A DNA stretch of 61,174 bases, counting the filler. It is 5 parts of 5 records of this genome, joined end to end, with 100 filler letters (N's around TTAATTAATTAA, not from the genome) between each part and the next. Parts side by side here need not be neighbours in the genome. Positions count along the whole stretch, not along the records: positions 18,264 to 30,940 come from SRR31156797_1219; positions 31,041 to 46,773 come from SRR31156797_1227; 3 more parts are not named here. One strand, written 5' to 3'. The translations under genes were made by a program, and so were the position numbers. Below, in pieces: positions 27,635 to 36,237 of this stretch. How positions within the stretch are numbered: position 1 is the first letter of the stretch; each line of letters starts with the position of its first letter. Under the pieces are notes generated by a model, which was given only the letters and a program-made list of their open reading frames with translations, did no database searches and was not told the DNA's origin.

Positions 27635-28578
27635 TCAATAAATCACAACTCGAAGAGGCCCGGCGTATTTCCTGGGGGAATCTCGGGAAACGGATCACCT
27701 TTTACATCCCGGGGATGTTTTTCCGTAACGGCGTAAAGGGCAAATACCCCGGCATCAGTATTACCGGGGGGCAATGCAGCCTCACATGCGACCATTGCGG
27801 GGGCATGATCCTTAAAACCATGATCCCGGCCGCAGATCCCCATAAACTGCTGGAAAAGTGTATTCAACTTGAAAAAAAAGGGAATTACGGGGTTCTTCTG
27901 AGCGGCGGATGCATGAAAGATGGGAAGCTGCCGTGGCAAAAATTCATCCCGGCCATTGCTGAAATCAAACGGAAAACAAATCTCTTTATTTCCATCCACA
28001 GCGGTTTGATTGATGACGGGGAAGCGCTGGCCCTTAAAGCGGCCGGTGTGGACCAGGCCCTTATTGATGTGGTGGGGGACGATGAGACGTACCGAAAGGT
28101 CTATCACGTTCCCTTTGGGGTGTCTGAAATCCAAAAAGCCATGGAAGCGCTAAAAAAAGCAGACCTTCCCACGGTCCCCCATGTGGTGTGCGGTCTGGAT
28201 TACGGGCGGATCACCGGTGAGGAACAGGCGTTGGAGATGATTTCCCAATTTCCGGTGGACCAGGTGGTGATCGTGTCTCTCATGAACCTTACCGGCACCA
28301 AAATGGAAAAAATCATCCCCCCGGATGCGCACCATGTGGCCCGCATCATGGCAAAAGCACGCATGCTCATGCCCGAAACCCCTGTCAGCCTGGGATGCGC
28401 ACGTGAGCGGGGCAATGTTTTAATGGAAACCTATGCCATTGATGCGGGCATAAACCGGATGGCCCTGCCGTCGGAAGAAGCCATTTTACGGGCGAAATTC
28501 CATGGCCTTGAAATCCGCTACCAAAAAACCTGCTGCTCCGTTACGAAAAACTTTGCAGATCAAAGCTGGGATTATTAA
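27631..28578 (+). CDS. lipS1: Radical SAM protein, LipS1-type lipoyl synthase subunit
   Basis: CxxxCxxC (CSLTCDHC) plus GCAR and C-terminal CC, the GC(M/A)R and CC motifs of LipS1 proteins. Confidence 0.75.
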   Translation: MINKSQLEEARRISWGNLGKRITFYIPGMFFRNGVKGKYPGISITGGQCSLTCDHCGGMILKTMIPAADPHKLLEKCIQLEKKGNYGVLLSGGCMKDGKLPWQKFIPAIAEIKRKTNLFISIHSGLIDDGEALALKAAGVDQALIDVVGDDETYRKVYHVPFGVSEIQKAMEALKKADLPTVPHVVCGLDYGRITGEEQALEMISQFPVDQVVIVSLMNLTGTKMEKIIPPDAHHVARIMAKARMLMPETPVSLGCARERGNVLMETYAIDAGINRMALPSEEAILRAKFHGLEIRYQKTCCSVTKNFADQSWDY

Positions 28579-28621
28579 CTTTAAAATTGACGCCCCGTGA
28601 GAAGGACGGAAGAGGAAAAAG

Positions 28622-29680
28622 ATGATCCAGACCCAACATGAAAAAATCCCGGAGAGCCCCGAGTATCTTCGAATGAGCCTTGCCGCGGCCATGACCCTGG
28701 GCTTAAAACCGGGAAGATTTTATCGCAACGCCAAGCTCTATTGCATCAACCTGTTGCTCACCTATGGTGCCGGTTGTGCCGCAAGATGCGCCTACTGCGG
28801 TCTTTCAAATAAACGTGAAGGGCAATATAACGAAAAAAGCTTCATTCGGGTGACCTGGCCCACCCACTCACTATCCGAGATCATTGAACGAATATGGGAG
28901 CGTCCACACAAGGTCAAACGGATCTGCATCTCTCAAATCACCAACAAGCGATCCGTTCAGGATACCAAGGACATTTGCGCCAGATTACGTTCCAGCTTTG
29001 ACATCCCCGTATCCCTGCTCATATCCCCCACTATCCTGTCAAAAGGGGATCTTCTGGACTTCAAGGATGCGGGGGCCGACAAGATCGGCGTGGCCATTGA
29101 CCTGGCAACGCCCGCTCTTTTTGACAAATACCGCGGCAAAGGCGTGGGGGGTCCCCATAAATGGGAAACCTACCGGCAGTGCCTCTCCGATGCCGTCACC
29201 ATCTTCGGAAAACGCAATGCCGGAAGCCACTTCGTCACCGGAATGGGTGAAACCGAAAAAGAGATGGTGGAAGCGATCCAGAAAATTCAGGATTCAGGCG
29301 GATGGACCCACCTCTTTTCCTTTTTCCCGGAAGCCGATTCACAGATGAAGAATCACCCCATGCCGTCAATGGATCAATACCGCCGCATTCAACTGGCCAG
29401 ATACCTGATGGACGAGGGCATGAGCCGTGCGGAAAAAATGTCATTTGGCCCTTCAGGCCGTATTCTTGATTTTGGTCTGTCGCCGAAAGACCTCAACCGG
29501 ATAATCGACACGGGAGAACCCTTTCGCACCAGCGGTTGCCAAGGGTATGACGGGCAGGTGGCATGCAACCGCCCCTATGCCAATTCCAGGCCCGGGCCCC
29601 ACATACGAAATTACCCTTTCCCACCGAATGGAGAGGATATCCATCGCATACGACGTCAAATGGGAATGGCCATATCATGA
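28622..29680 (+). CDS. lipS2: Radical SAM protein, LipS2-type lipoyl synthase subunit
   Basis: CxxxCxxC (CAARCAYC) plus TSGCQG...ACNRP, a spaced variant of the LipS2 TxGCPxCNRP motif. Confidence 0.75.
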   Translation: MIQTQHEKIPESPEYLRMSLAAAMTLGLKPGRFYRNAKLYCINLLLTYGAGCAARCAYCGLSNKREGQYNEKSFIRVTWPTHSLSEIIERIWERPHKVKRICISQITNKRSVQDTKDICARLRSSFDIPVSLLISPTILSKGDLLDFKDAGADKIGVAIDLATPALFDKYRGKGVGGPHKWETYRQCLSDAVTIFGKRNAGSHFVTGMGETEKEMVEAIQKIQDSGGWTHLFSFFPEADSQMKNHPMPSMDQYRRIQLARYLMDEGMSRAEKMSFGPSGRILDFGLSPKDLNRIIDTGEPFRTSGCQGYDGQVACNRPYANSRPGPHIRNYPFPPNGEDIHRIRRQMGMAIS

Positions 29681-29896
29681 TTTTTCAGGGGGGAGGGATG
29701 GCCCTCTGAATATTCCGTGGAAATCGATCTCATTGAACTCTTACGGCGTATGTGATAAAATTGTGGGCAAATCGCCATCAATACCGGGGAGGGAAAATAT
29801 GGAATCCGGGGCAGGATCCGGCGTGGCGGGACCGTTGAAGGGGCTGTGGTAGTAAAGGGGGGATCCGGATCCGCTCATAGGTTTTCATTCCCTGTC

Positions 29897-29926
29897 TTGA
29901 CTCTGACAGGCTTTTGATGTTATCAT
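29897..29926 (+). promoter_or_regulatory. Putative sigma70 promoter
   Basis: TTGACT, 18 bp, TGnTATCAT upstream of the Cys-motif gene. Confidence 0.45.
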
Positions 29927-29987
29927 TTTACCAACAAGAAGGCTTTCACAAGGAACTAAGGAAATTTTTCACTGGGTGGGGCTTTTC

Positions 29988-30380
29988 ATGGATAAAATTC
30001 TCAGCATTACCGGTCGAATCGAAAACAAGAAACGGCAGAAACAGATAGAGTCCAATCGGGACAAGTTTGATGCCGTTCAGCGGCTGCTTCAATGCGGATC
30101 GTGCCGTTTCAAATGTGGCATGTGCGGAACCAACACGGAAAAGCCCCAATCTTCCGATTCACAAAAGAAACCTCCCGAGTTCAGTTTATGTGAAAGCTGC
30201 AGTGCCGAATTTGAAGATTACATAAAAATTTCCGAAAAAAAGGGACAACCGCACGATATTTTCTGGCACAACAGGGAATGGCTTGAAATGTGGTCCTGCT
30301 GGGTGGCATATCAGCGGTCTCTCAATAAATTCAGGCAATCTTTTAACGTCAAGCAATTACCTGATAACGGATGCAAATAA
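29988..30380 (+). CDS. Hypothetical protein with three CxxC motifs (metal-binding)
   Basis: CGSCRFKCGMC...CESC and Trp-rich WHNREWLEMW. Start placed at ATG 29988. Confidence 0.7.
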   Translation: MDKILSITGRIENKKRQKQIESNRDKFDAVQRLLQCGSCRFKCGMCGTNTEKPQSSDSQKKPPEFSLCESCSAEFEDYIKISEKKGQPHDIFWHNREWLEMWSCWVAYQRSLNKFRQSFNVKQLPDNGCK

Positions 30381-30488
30381 CGGCCGACCACCGGATTTCC
30401 AAATGGGGAACCGGTCCCGGCATGTTTCGATCACACTCAGGCTGTTTTGTGGTCAACTCGAAATAATTGATACGATGGAGGTAACCCG

Positions 30489-30683
30489 ATGTTTGGAATA
30501 GGCATGCCGGAATTGATTATTATTTTAATCATTATCCTGGTTATTTTCGGGGCTGGGAAATTGCCTGAAATCGGAAGTGGGATCGGAAAAGGGATCAAAA
30601 ACTTCAAAAAAGCGACCCATGAAGCGAAAAATGAAATTGAAGAACCCAATGAAAATGAGGAAAAACAAGAGGATAAAGCCTAA
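30489..30683 (+). CDS. tatA: Twin-arginine translocase subunit TatA/TatE
   Basis: [50 protein letters not shown]. Confidence 0.95.
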   Translation: MFGIGMPELIIILIIILVIFGAGKLPEIGSGIGKGIKNFKKATHEAKNEIEEPNENEEKQEDKA

Positions 30684-30701
30684 ACCCAGCCGATGGAACC
30701 A

Positions 30702-30743
30702 GCCCCTGCCGAATCCGGACGGACGGCAGGGGCGTTTTTTTTT
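30702..30743 (+). terminator. Intrinsic terminator after tatA (convergent with ssb)
   Basis: GCCCCTGCCG...CGGCAGGGGC stem followed by a T-run. Confidence 0.75.
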
Positions 30744-30939
30744 AAAACGGGATATCGTCTTCCGGGAGATTTGGAGGGGGTTCCGCAGGAAAATCACCCT
30801 GGGGCGCTCTGTCGCTCATCCTGTCACCCGGGGATCCGAGCATCTGCATTTTGTAGGCAACCACTTCCGTTGTATACCGTTTGATGCCTTCCTTGTCTTC
30901 CCATGCCCTTGTTTGAAGGCTCCCCTCGATATAGACCTG
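30742..30939 (-). CDS. ssb: Single-stranded DNA-binding protein, C-terminal part (truncated by contig end)
   Basis: Not in the ORF track. Hand translation: [35 protein letters not shown]...PEDDIPF*, with the diagnostic DDIPF tip. Confidence 0.95.
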   Translation of the reverse strand, partial: QVYIEGSLQTRAWEDKEGIKRYTTEVVAYKMQMLGSPGDRMSDRAPQGDFPAEPPPNLPEDDIPF

Positions 30940-30940
30940 G

Positions 30941-31040
30941 NNNNNNNNNNNNNNNNNNNNNNNNNNNNNNNNNNNNNNNNNNNNTTAATTAATTAANNNN
31001 NNNNNNNNNNNNNNNNNNNNNNNNNNNNNNNNNNNNNNNN
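30941..31040. other. Artificial contig spacer
   Basis: N-run, TTAATTAATTAA, N-run, 100 nt. Confidence 0.97.
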
Positions 31041-31450
31041 TAAATCTTTTTATGCCAGTAATTACCCTCTTTTGTTCTTGGTTGATTTTCTAATTGAGAC
31101 AGAAGCTTATCCAGAGCCATTTTATGCTTTTTTATACCTGTCTTTAAGTAAACTTCCAGCAATGCATTGCCGCCAAAAATATTATCAAGGTTATATGTTT
31201 CCTCTTTGTATCCTAATAGTGAACCATCTTCTGCCACCATTGCGTCCATAAAATCACAGACAAAATTGCAGAATCTGCTTTCTCCTGTTCTTTCATAGAG
31301 TCTTAACAAAGCACTCATCATACAATTGTCAATATAATTCCAATGCAGTCCTCTGCCGCTTTTTACATCCTCAATATTCCATACAGGATGCTCAGGGGTA
31401 GATTTATCTAATATCCTGTTTATGTAATTTTCAATTATGTCGATTTTCAT
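31041..31450 (-). CDS. GH105 unsaturated (rhamno)galacturonyl hydrolase, N-terminal part (truncated)
   Basis: PVWNIE, WNYIDNCMM, YNLDNI, QPRTKEGNYWHK, typical of YteR/YesR-like GH105. Confidence 0.85.
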
Positions 31451-31451
31451 A

Positions 31452-32999
31452 CTAACTCTCCACTATTTCGCCAACGTTGTGTGTAACTATTTTTTCACCT
31501 AAAACTCCAGATATTGAAACTCCGCTTACTTTTACTTTATTAACATTATTAAAATAAAGTCCGGACTTAGAAAGCTCATCTATGTCCAGCATCATAGCCG
31601 GATAACCCTTTATTTCAGTATCTGAAAAGCTAAAATCAATATTCGTAATCTCAATTTCTTCAATAGGCATTTCTGGTAAACCATAGAAAAATCCTGCTGA
31701 TACTGAGCAGTTGACACATTTCATATTAGTAAATTTAAAACTGCCAAGATATGGTGTTCTCTCATCCACCTGTAATGGCTCTTTATCCTGCACATACTCA
31801 CTCTTGCCATCATGGTCACAGAAATAGAACATATTAATTACAAGAGGCGAATGCACTCCATCCATTCTGATATTACTAAATGTAACACCGTCAACAACCG
31901 CATCCTTACCTCTGCCTCTTCGTGTCTTTATCCTTAGTCCTCTATCTGTATTCTTAAAGAAGCACTGCGATACATCTAGATTTCTTATCCCACCGCTCAT
32001 TTCGCTGCCCAATACAACTGCACCATGTGCAAATTCCATCAAACAGTTACGAATAGTATGATTAGAAGCTGGTATATTGACTGTCTTTCCATCGTATAAT
32101 TTACCAGATTTTATTGCAATTGCATCATCACCAACCGAGAACAAAGCTCCTATAACTTTTACGTCATCACATGATTCAGGATTAAAACCATCAGTATTCG
32201 GCGAATCCTTGGGGGCTGAAACGCTGATATTATATGCACTGATATTCTTAGAATTGTAAGGATGAATATGCCAGCAAGGTGAATTCATAAAGCTAACACC
32301 ATGCAGATTTATATCCTTACATTGATTAGTAAACAGCAACTTGGGTCTGGCATTATCTCTGTTTTTCACGTCTATCCACCAAGTAGAGCATTGAGCATTT
32401 CCATCAATTATACCTTCACCAACTATGTGAATATTTTCAGCATGGTATGCTGACAGCAAAGATTGATGAGACTTAACAGGGCAGCCCTCCCAGCTTACAA
32501 ACTCTATTTTTTCTTCATCTGTACTGCTTTTTACCATACCAGGCAATACAGCATAATCATCTTCATTTGTACTTCCTAACAGAACTGCTCCCTTTTGAAT
32601 CTCAATAGTAATATTGCTCTTCAATGTTATTGGAGTAATAAAATACATACCTTTTGGTATGCAAATTCTTCCATTATTCGGGCATGTAGTAACTGCCATT
32701 TGTATAGCTTTGGTATCATCAGCTATACCATCACCGATTGCGCCAAAATCCTTTACATTTATTGCACAACTCTCATTTTGGGTTGTAAAATATATCACAT
32801 CATCATCTAGTGATGTTCTTAAAGAATACTTAGTATTGGGTAACAGATTATACAAGGAGAATACATTGTTGCAAAATAGTCCCTCAACTAACTCGTCATT
32901 AAGGTAGACTCTGTATTCCTTATGAGAAAAATAGCACAAATCATTTATTAATTCGAAACAAGCAGAACAAGATGATAAATATATATTACTTACTTTCAA
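31452..32999 (-). CDS. GH28 (exo-)polygalacturonase, no signal peptide
   Basis: DFGAIGDG, SPNTDG, GDDAIAIKSG, HGAVVLGSE, RIK. Confidence 0.92.
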   Translation of the reverse strand: MKVSNIYLSSCSACFELINDLCYFSHKEYRVYLNDELVEGLFCNNVFSLYNLLPNTKYSLRTSLDDDVIYFTTQNESCAINVKDFGAIGDGIADDTKAIQMAVTTCPNNGRICIPKGMYFITPITLKSNITIEIQKGAVLLGSTNEDDYAVLPGMVKSSTDEEKIEFVSWEGCPVKSHQSLLSAYHAENIHIVGEGIIDGNAQCSTWWIDVKNRDNARPKLLFTNQCKDINLHGVSFMNSPCWHIHPYNSKNISAYNISVSAPKDSPNTDGFNPESCDDVKVIGALFSVGDDAIAIKSGKLYDGKTVNIPASNHTIRNCLMEFAHGAVVLGSEMSGGIRNLDVSQCFFKNTDRGLRIKTRRGRGKDAVVDGVTFSNIRMDGVHSPLVINMFYFCDHDGKSEYVQDKEPLQVDERTPYLGSFKFTNMKCVNCSVSAGFFYGLPEMPIEEIEITNIDFSFSDTEIKGYPAMMLDIDELSKSGLYFNNVNKVKVSGVSISGVLGEKIVTHNVGEIVES

Positions 33000-33492
33000 T
33001 TTCGTTAACGTCCTTTTTCTTGATTACTAATTTTTTTATTTTAAGGAAAAGCATATCGAACGCCATACATAGTATTCCAAAAAGAATTGGTTCAGCACCT
33101 AGCACAACAGAAGTTTCAGGAAGTTGATAAATACGTATGAAAACAACATTTATCAAGTGGTATGTATATACCACCAAAGTACAAAGTAATATCCCGTATA
33201 ACAGATTAAATATAAAACTTAGATATGCTCTTCTAGGGAACTGCATATACTGATGAAACTCATTTTTACCTCTCTCCATGGTAGTAAAAATCCTGTTTGT
33301 TACTAAATCTGTTACTATGCCAAGTACTAAACCTAATACAAGAGTTAAATCCAGTTGATCCAAAGTATTCAGAAAAAGACCCCATCCAACAAAGAAGTAT
33401 ACTGCTCCTGCAATCCATGCTTTTAGCAGAACTGCCTTTAGCCAAACCGGCATCCTTTTCTTTTTTTTAACTACTGTATCTTTTGTATTCAA
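32986..33492 (-). CDS. Hypothetical membrane protein (about 4 TM)
   Basis: Four hydrophobic segments. Overlaps the GH28 start. Confidence 0.75.
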   Translation of the reverse strand: MNTKDTVVKKKKRMPVWLKAVLLKAWIAGAVYFFVGWGLFLNTLDQLDLTLVLGLVLGIVTDLVTNRIFTTMERGKNEFHQYMQFPRRAYLSFIFNLLYGILLCTLVVYTYHLINVVFIRIYQLPETSVVLGAEPILFGILCMAFDMLFLKIKKLVIKKKDVNEIESK

Positions 33493-33500
33493 CTTTCACC

Positions 33501-34055
33501 TCAAAAATTCAGCTCATCCTCATCAGGGAATTCATCATTAATAGATGTGTAGTCTGATATATTCATTTCCTCTTCATCCAATGAAGATGTATCAATTTTT
33601 AACAATAATTTTTGATATACCGGTTTTAATATAATTGTAAAAAATGCAACTACCAGAGAACCAATATGAACCATAGTCATATTCATAGATTTAGCGATAT
33701 CCGTAGTAATAGGTACAGGATTTGCTCTGTACAAAGTTTCATAGTACATGATTCTCAAATATAGTATATCAAGAAATATTTGTAATGCCACTAAAAATAT
33801 TGCAATAACCAGCATTCTCTTATTCAGTTTACCTTTTGAATATGCATTTAGATATGAGATTATCCCCAGCATAGATGACAATGTAATAATAAATACATAC
33901 AAAGCAATGATGTTGGAATTCACATACATAGTTGCATTAGAATGTTCGGTAAGACTAAAAGTATATATAATGCAGCAAATGACAAGAATGACCAACGGTA
34001 TACGCTGGGGTGCTCTCTTTAGATTAACTATCTGCTTTTTAATGAAATCATTCAT
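33501..34055 (-). CDS. Hypothetical membrane protein (about 4 TM, acidic tail)
   Basis: Four hydrophobic segments. ATG 34055 follows AAGGTGA. Operonic spacing. Confidence 0.75.
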   Translation of the reverse strand: MNDFIKKQIVNLKRAPQRIPLVILVICCIIYTFSLTEHSNATMYVNSNIIALYVFIITLSSMLGIISYLNAYSKGKLNKRMLVIAIFLVALQIFLDILYLRIMYYETLYRANPVPITTDIAKSMNMTMVHIGSLVVAFFTIILKPVYQKLLLKIDTSSLDEEEMNISDYTSINDEFPDEDELNF

Positions 34056-34060
34056 GCATA

Positions 34061-35131
34061 TCACCTTCTTATTACTTTGCTAGTATTTTCGTCAAAGTAA
34101 TGGATTTTTTGTTCATCAAAACCAACGCTTATCTCATCACCAATTTTGTAATCATACCAGCCTTTAAATTTACATGTTACTCGCTTCTTACCGATATTCC
34201 CATTTACAAGAGTATATTGTCCTAGATTTTCATTAGTTTTTACTACTAATTTCATATTTCCGCCAGGCTGTATATCCTCCGGACGAATACCAACGACTAT
34301 TACATCACCTTGATAATCTTTTAGCAATTCTATCCGTTTATCGTTTGAATCTACTATAACATCCCCATTTCTTAATGAATAATCATCAAGTACCCGCATT
34401 TTAATCAAATTCATTGCTGGAAGACCTATAAAGCTAGCTACAAACATATTAGCAGGATTATTATAAATATCAACAGGTTTGCCTATCTGCTGAACAAAAC
34501 TCTTATCCATTACAACCATTCTGTCCGCTAATGTCAGCGCCTCAATCTGATCATGTGTAACATAGATAATTGTGGCTTTAAGCTTATTATGAAGAAGCTT
34601 TAATTCACGTCTCATTGTATCTCTCAGCTTAGCATCTAGATTGGACAATGGCTCATCAAATAAGAAAACCTTTGGATTTCTTACAATCGCCCGTCCTACA
34701 GCTACACGCTGTCTCTGTCCACCAGATAAATGTCTTGGCTTTTTATTAAGCTGATCTTTCAATTCCAGTATTTCGGCAGCTTCCATCACCTTTTTGTGTA
34801 CTATATCTTCTCTTTCGTTACGAAGCATTAGTGAAAATGCCATATTTTCATATACGCTCATATGTGAGTAGAGAGCATAGTTCTGGAATACCATCGCAAT
34901 ATCTCTATCCTTCGCTGCTTTATCCGTTACTTCTCTACCATCTATAAACAACTTGCCATCTGTTATCTCCTCCAAGCCTGCAATCATTCTTAGTGTAGTA
35001 GACTTACCGCAGCCTGAAGGTCCTACCAGAACAACAAATTCTCCATCCTTTATATCCATATTGAAATCATATACTGCACGTACCTGATTATCATATACTT
35101 TATGTATTCTATCTAAAGTCAAGCCAGCCAT
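34061..35131 (-). CDS. Sugar ABC transporter ATP-binding protein (MsmX/MalK family)
   Basis: GPSGCGKSTT, MVFQNYALY, LSGGQRQR, DEPLSNLD, YVTHDQ, C-terminal TOBE-like region. Confidence 0.95.
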   Translation of the reverse strand: MAGLTLDRIHKVYDNQVRAVYDFNMDIKDGEFVVLVGPSGCGKSTTLRMIAGLEEITDGKLFIDGREVTDKAAKDRDIAMVFQNYALYSHMSVYENMAFSLMLRNEREDIVHKKVMEAAEILELKDQLNKKPRHLSGGQRQRVAVGRAIVRNPKVFLFDEPLSNLDAKLRDTMRRELKLLHNKLKATIIYVTHDQIEALTLADRMVVMDKSFVQQIGKPVDIYNNPANMFVASFIGLPAMNLIKMRVLDDYSLRNGDVIVDSNDKRIELLKDYQGDVIVVGIRPEDIQPGGNMKLVVKTNENLGQYTLVNGNIGKKRVTCKFKGWYDYKIGDEISVGFDEQKIHYFDENTSKVIRR

Positions 35132-35578
35132 TTAATTGCCCTCCAACTTTGCTCTGTCTTCCAATGTACTTAGTATTCTGCAGTTAATTGTAGAATTTAT
35201 TGCTGCAAGGAACAGTAGTATCCCCGATACCAGCAACCATATTACTGCGAGAGTAAACCTATTCCCTACAAGCATTTCCAGCTCTTTAAAATGCATTGGA
35301 AGCCAAAATATTCTAAGGATTTGCACAGCACCTGCTATAGCCGCATATATATTCCAGTTTTTCGCATATACTTTTACTTTCTCACTAGCTAAGAAAACAA
35401 TCATCATAAAGATAATGTTTGTCAATACATCAGCACCAATATATGCATCAGGTACTACTGACCTGTTTGTATAGATGCTTACAAAGAAAACCATATCAAA
35501 GATAATTGCAAATGTACATAACAAATAAGATAATTTATCAGTACGATACTGCATTATTTCTGCATCTCTTTTAAACAT
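35132..35578 (-). CDS. Hypothetical membrane protein (about 4 TM)
   Basis: Four hydrophobic segments. Abuts the ATPase start. Confidence 0.75.
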   Translation of the reverse strand: MFKRDAEIMQYRTDKLSYLLCTFAIIFDMVFFVSIYTNRSVVPDAYIGADVLTNIIFMMIVFLASEKVKVYAKNWNIYAAIAGAVQILRIFWLPMHFKELEMLVGNRFTLAVIWLLVSGILLFLAAINSTINCRILSTLEDRAKLEGN

Positions 35579-36146
35579 TGCTTTGTGCTCCTCTCCTTAT
35601 TTTTTCTTTTTTCATATTTATAGTTTTCCAGATTAGGTTTATTACCAATCCGATTGTTAATAGAAAAAGCAGCACTGATAAAACAACACCTAAATCCAGC
35701 ATAAATGTTGAATTTACGAATCGCAGTTTCAGCATTTCTGTTATCTCTTTCATATGCTCAAAATCTATTAGTAAGTACTTCTGTCTTATGTAGAGTGCGT
35801 TAGCAATTATTGTTGATCCCAAATAAACTGCAAACCCCGAAAACGCAATCGTAGTTATATAATTTGATATGTAGTACAGTCTCCTTCTATGGGTTAAAAC
35901 TATAAACATAAACAAACATAAACCAAACTGTATAGCTGCATCACGAAGTAAAGACTTGTTATATGGCTGTATTTGATAATACAGATCTGCGCCTTCTACA
36001 TAAAGCAGACTGCTGCTAGCATCCGCATGATAGTTCAAACTGTATAAATTAGTTGAAAAACCTAAGGAGTATACAAATGTAATGCTGGCAAGCACTAGAG
36101 CTGCTATCAATATGAACTTTTGAAAAACCATTTGTTTTTGTTCCAT
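35571..36146 (-). CDS. Hypothetical membrane protein (about 4 TM)
   Basis: Four hydrophobic segments. GAGG RBS. Overlaps the next gene. Confidence 0.75.
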   Translation of the reverse strand: MEQKQMVFQKFILIAALVLASITFVYSLGFSTNLYSLNYHADASSSLLYVEGADLYYQIQPYNKSLLRDAAIQFGLCLFMFIVLTHRRRLYYISNYITTIAFSGFAVYLGSTIIANALYIRQKYLLIDFEHMKEITEMLKLRFVNSTFMLDLGVVLSVLLFLLTIGLVINLIWKTINMKKEKIRRGAQSNV

Positions 36147-36165
36147 GTGTTACCTCTTTTTTTTA

Positions 36166-36204
36166 TGTGCAGGAAAGGGATACGACAATATTCTTTCCTG
36201 CACA
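36166..36204 (-). promoter_or_regulatory. Intercistronic stem-loop after the SBP gene (mRNA stabiliser or attenuator)
   Basis: TGTGCAGGAAAG...CTTTCCTGCACA 12-bp stem. No U-tract follows on the coding strand. Confidence 0.55.
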
Positions 36205-36237
36205 CAGTCCTTTACATTAATATTCCAATATTATCTA

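Noticed and set aside
26558-29680. GGR-family reductase plus radical SAMs read as archaeal-type ether/tetraether lipid or biotin synthesis
   Set aside because: The radical SAMs carry LipS1/LipS2-type Cys motifs and follow a lipoate ligase. No prenyltransferase or bio genes are on the contig.
29700-29890. Short minus-strand ORFs (about 36 and 45 aa) after lipS2 as a radical-SAM-modified precursor peptide
   Set aside because: Wrong strand relative to the operon, no convincing RBS, and the radical SAMs lack SPASM/RRE features and are explained by lipoate synthesis.
21014-30996. Many overlapping or antisense ORFs in the GC-richer contig (e.g. 21014-21532, 22594-23301, 24289-24993, 26057-26635, 30577-30996)
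   Set aside because: Shadow ORFs of well-supported genes with no recognisable motifs. ORF 30577-30996 also runs into the N spacer and overlaps tatA and ssb.
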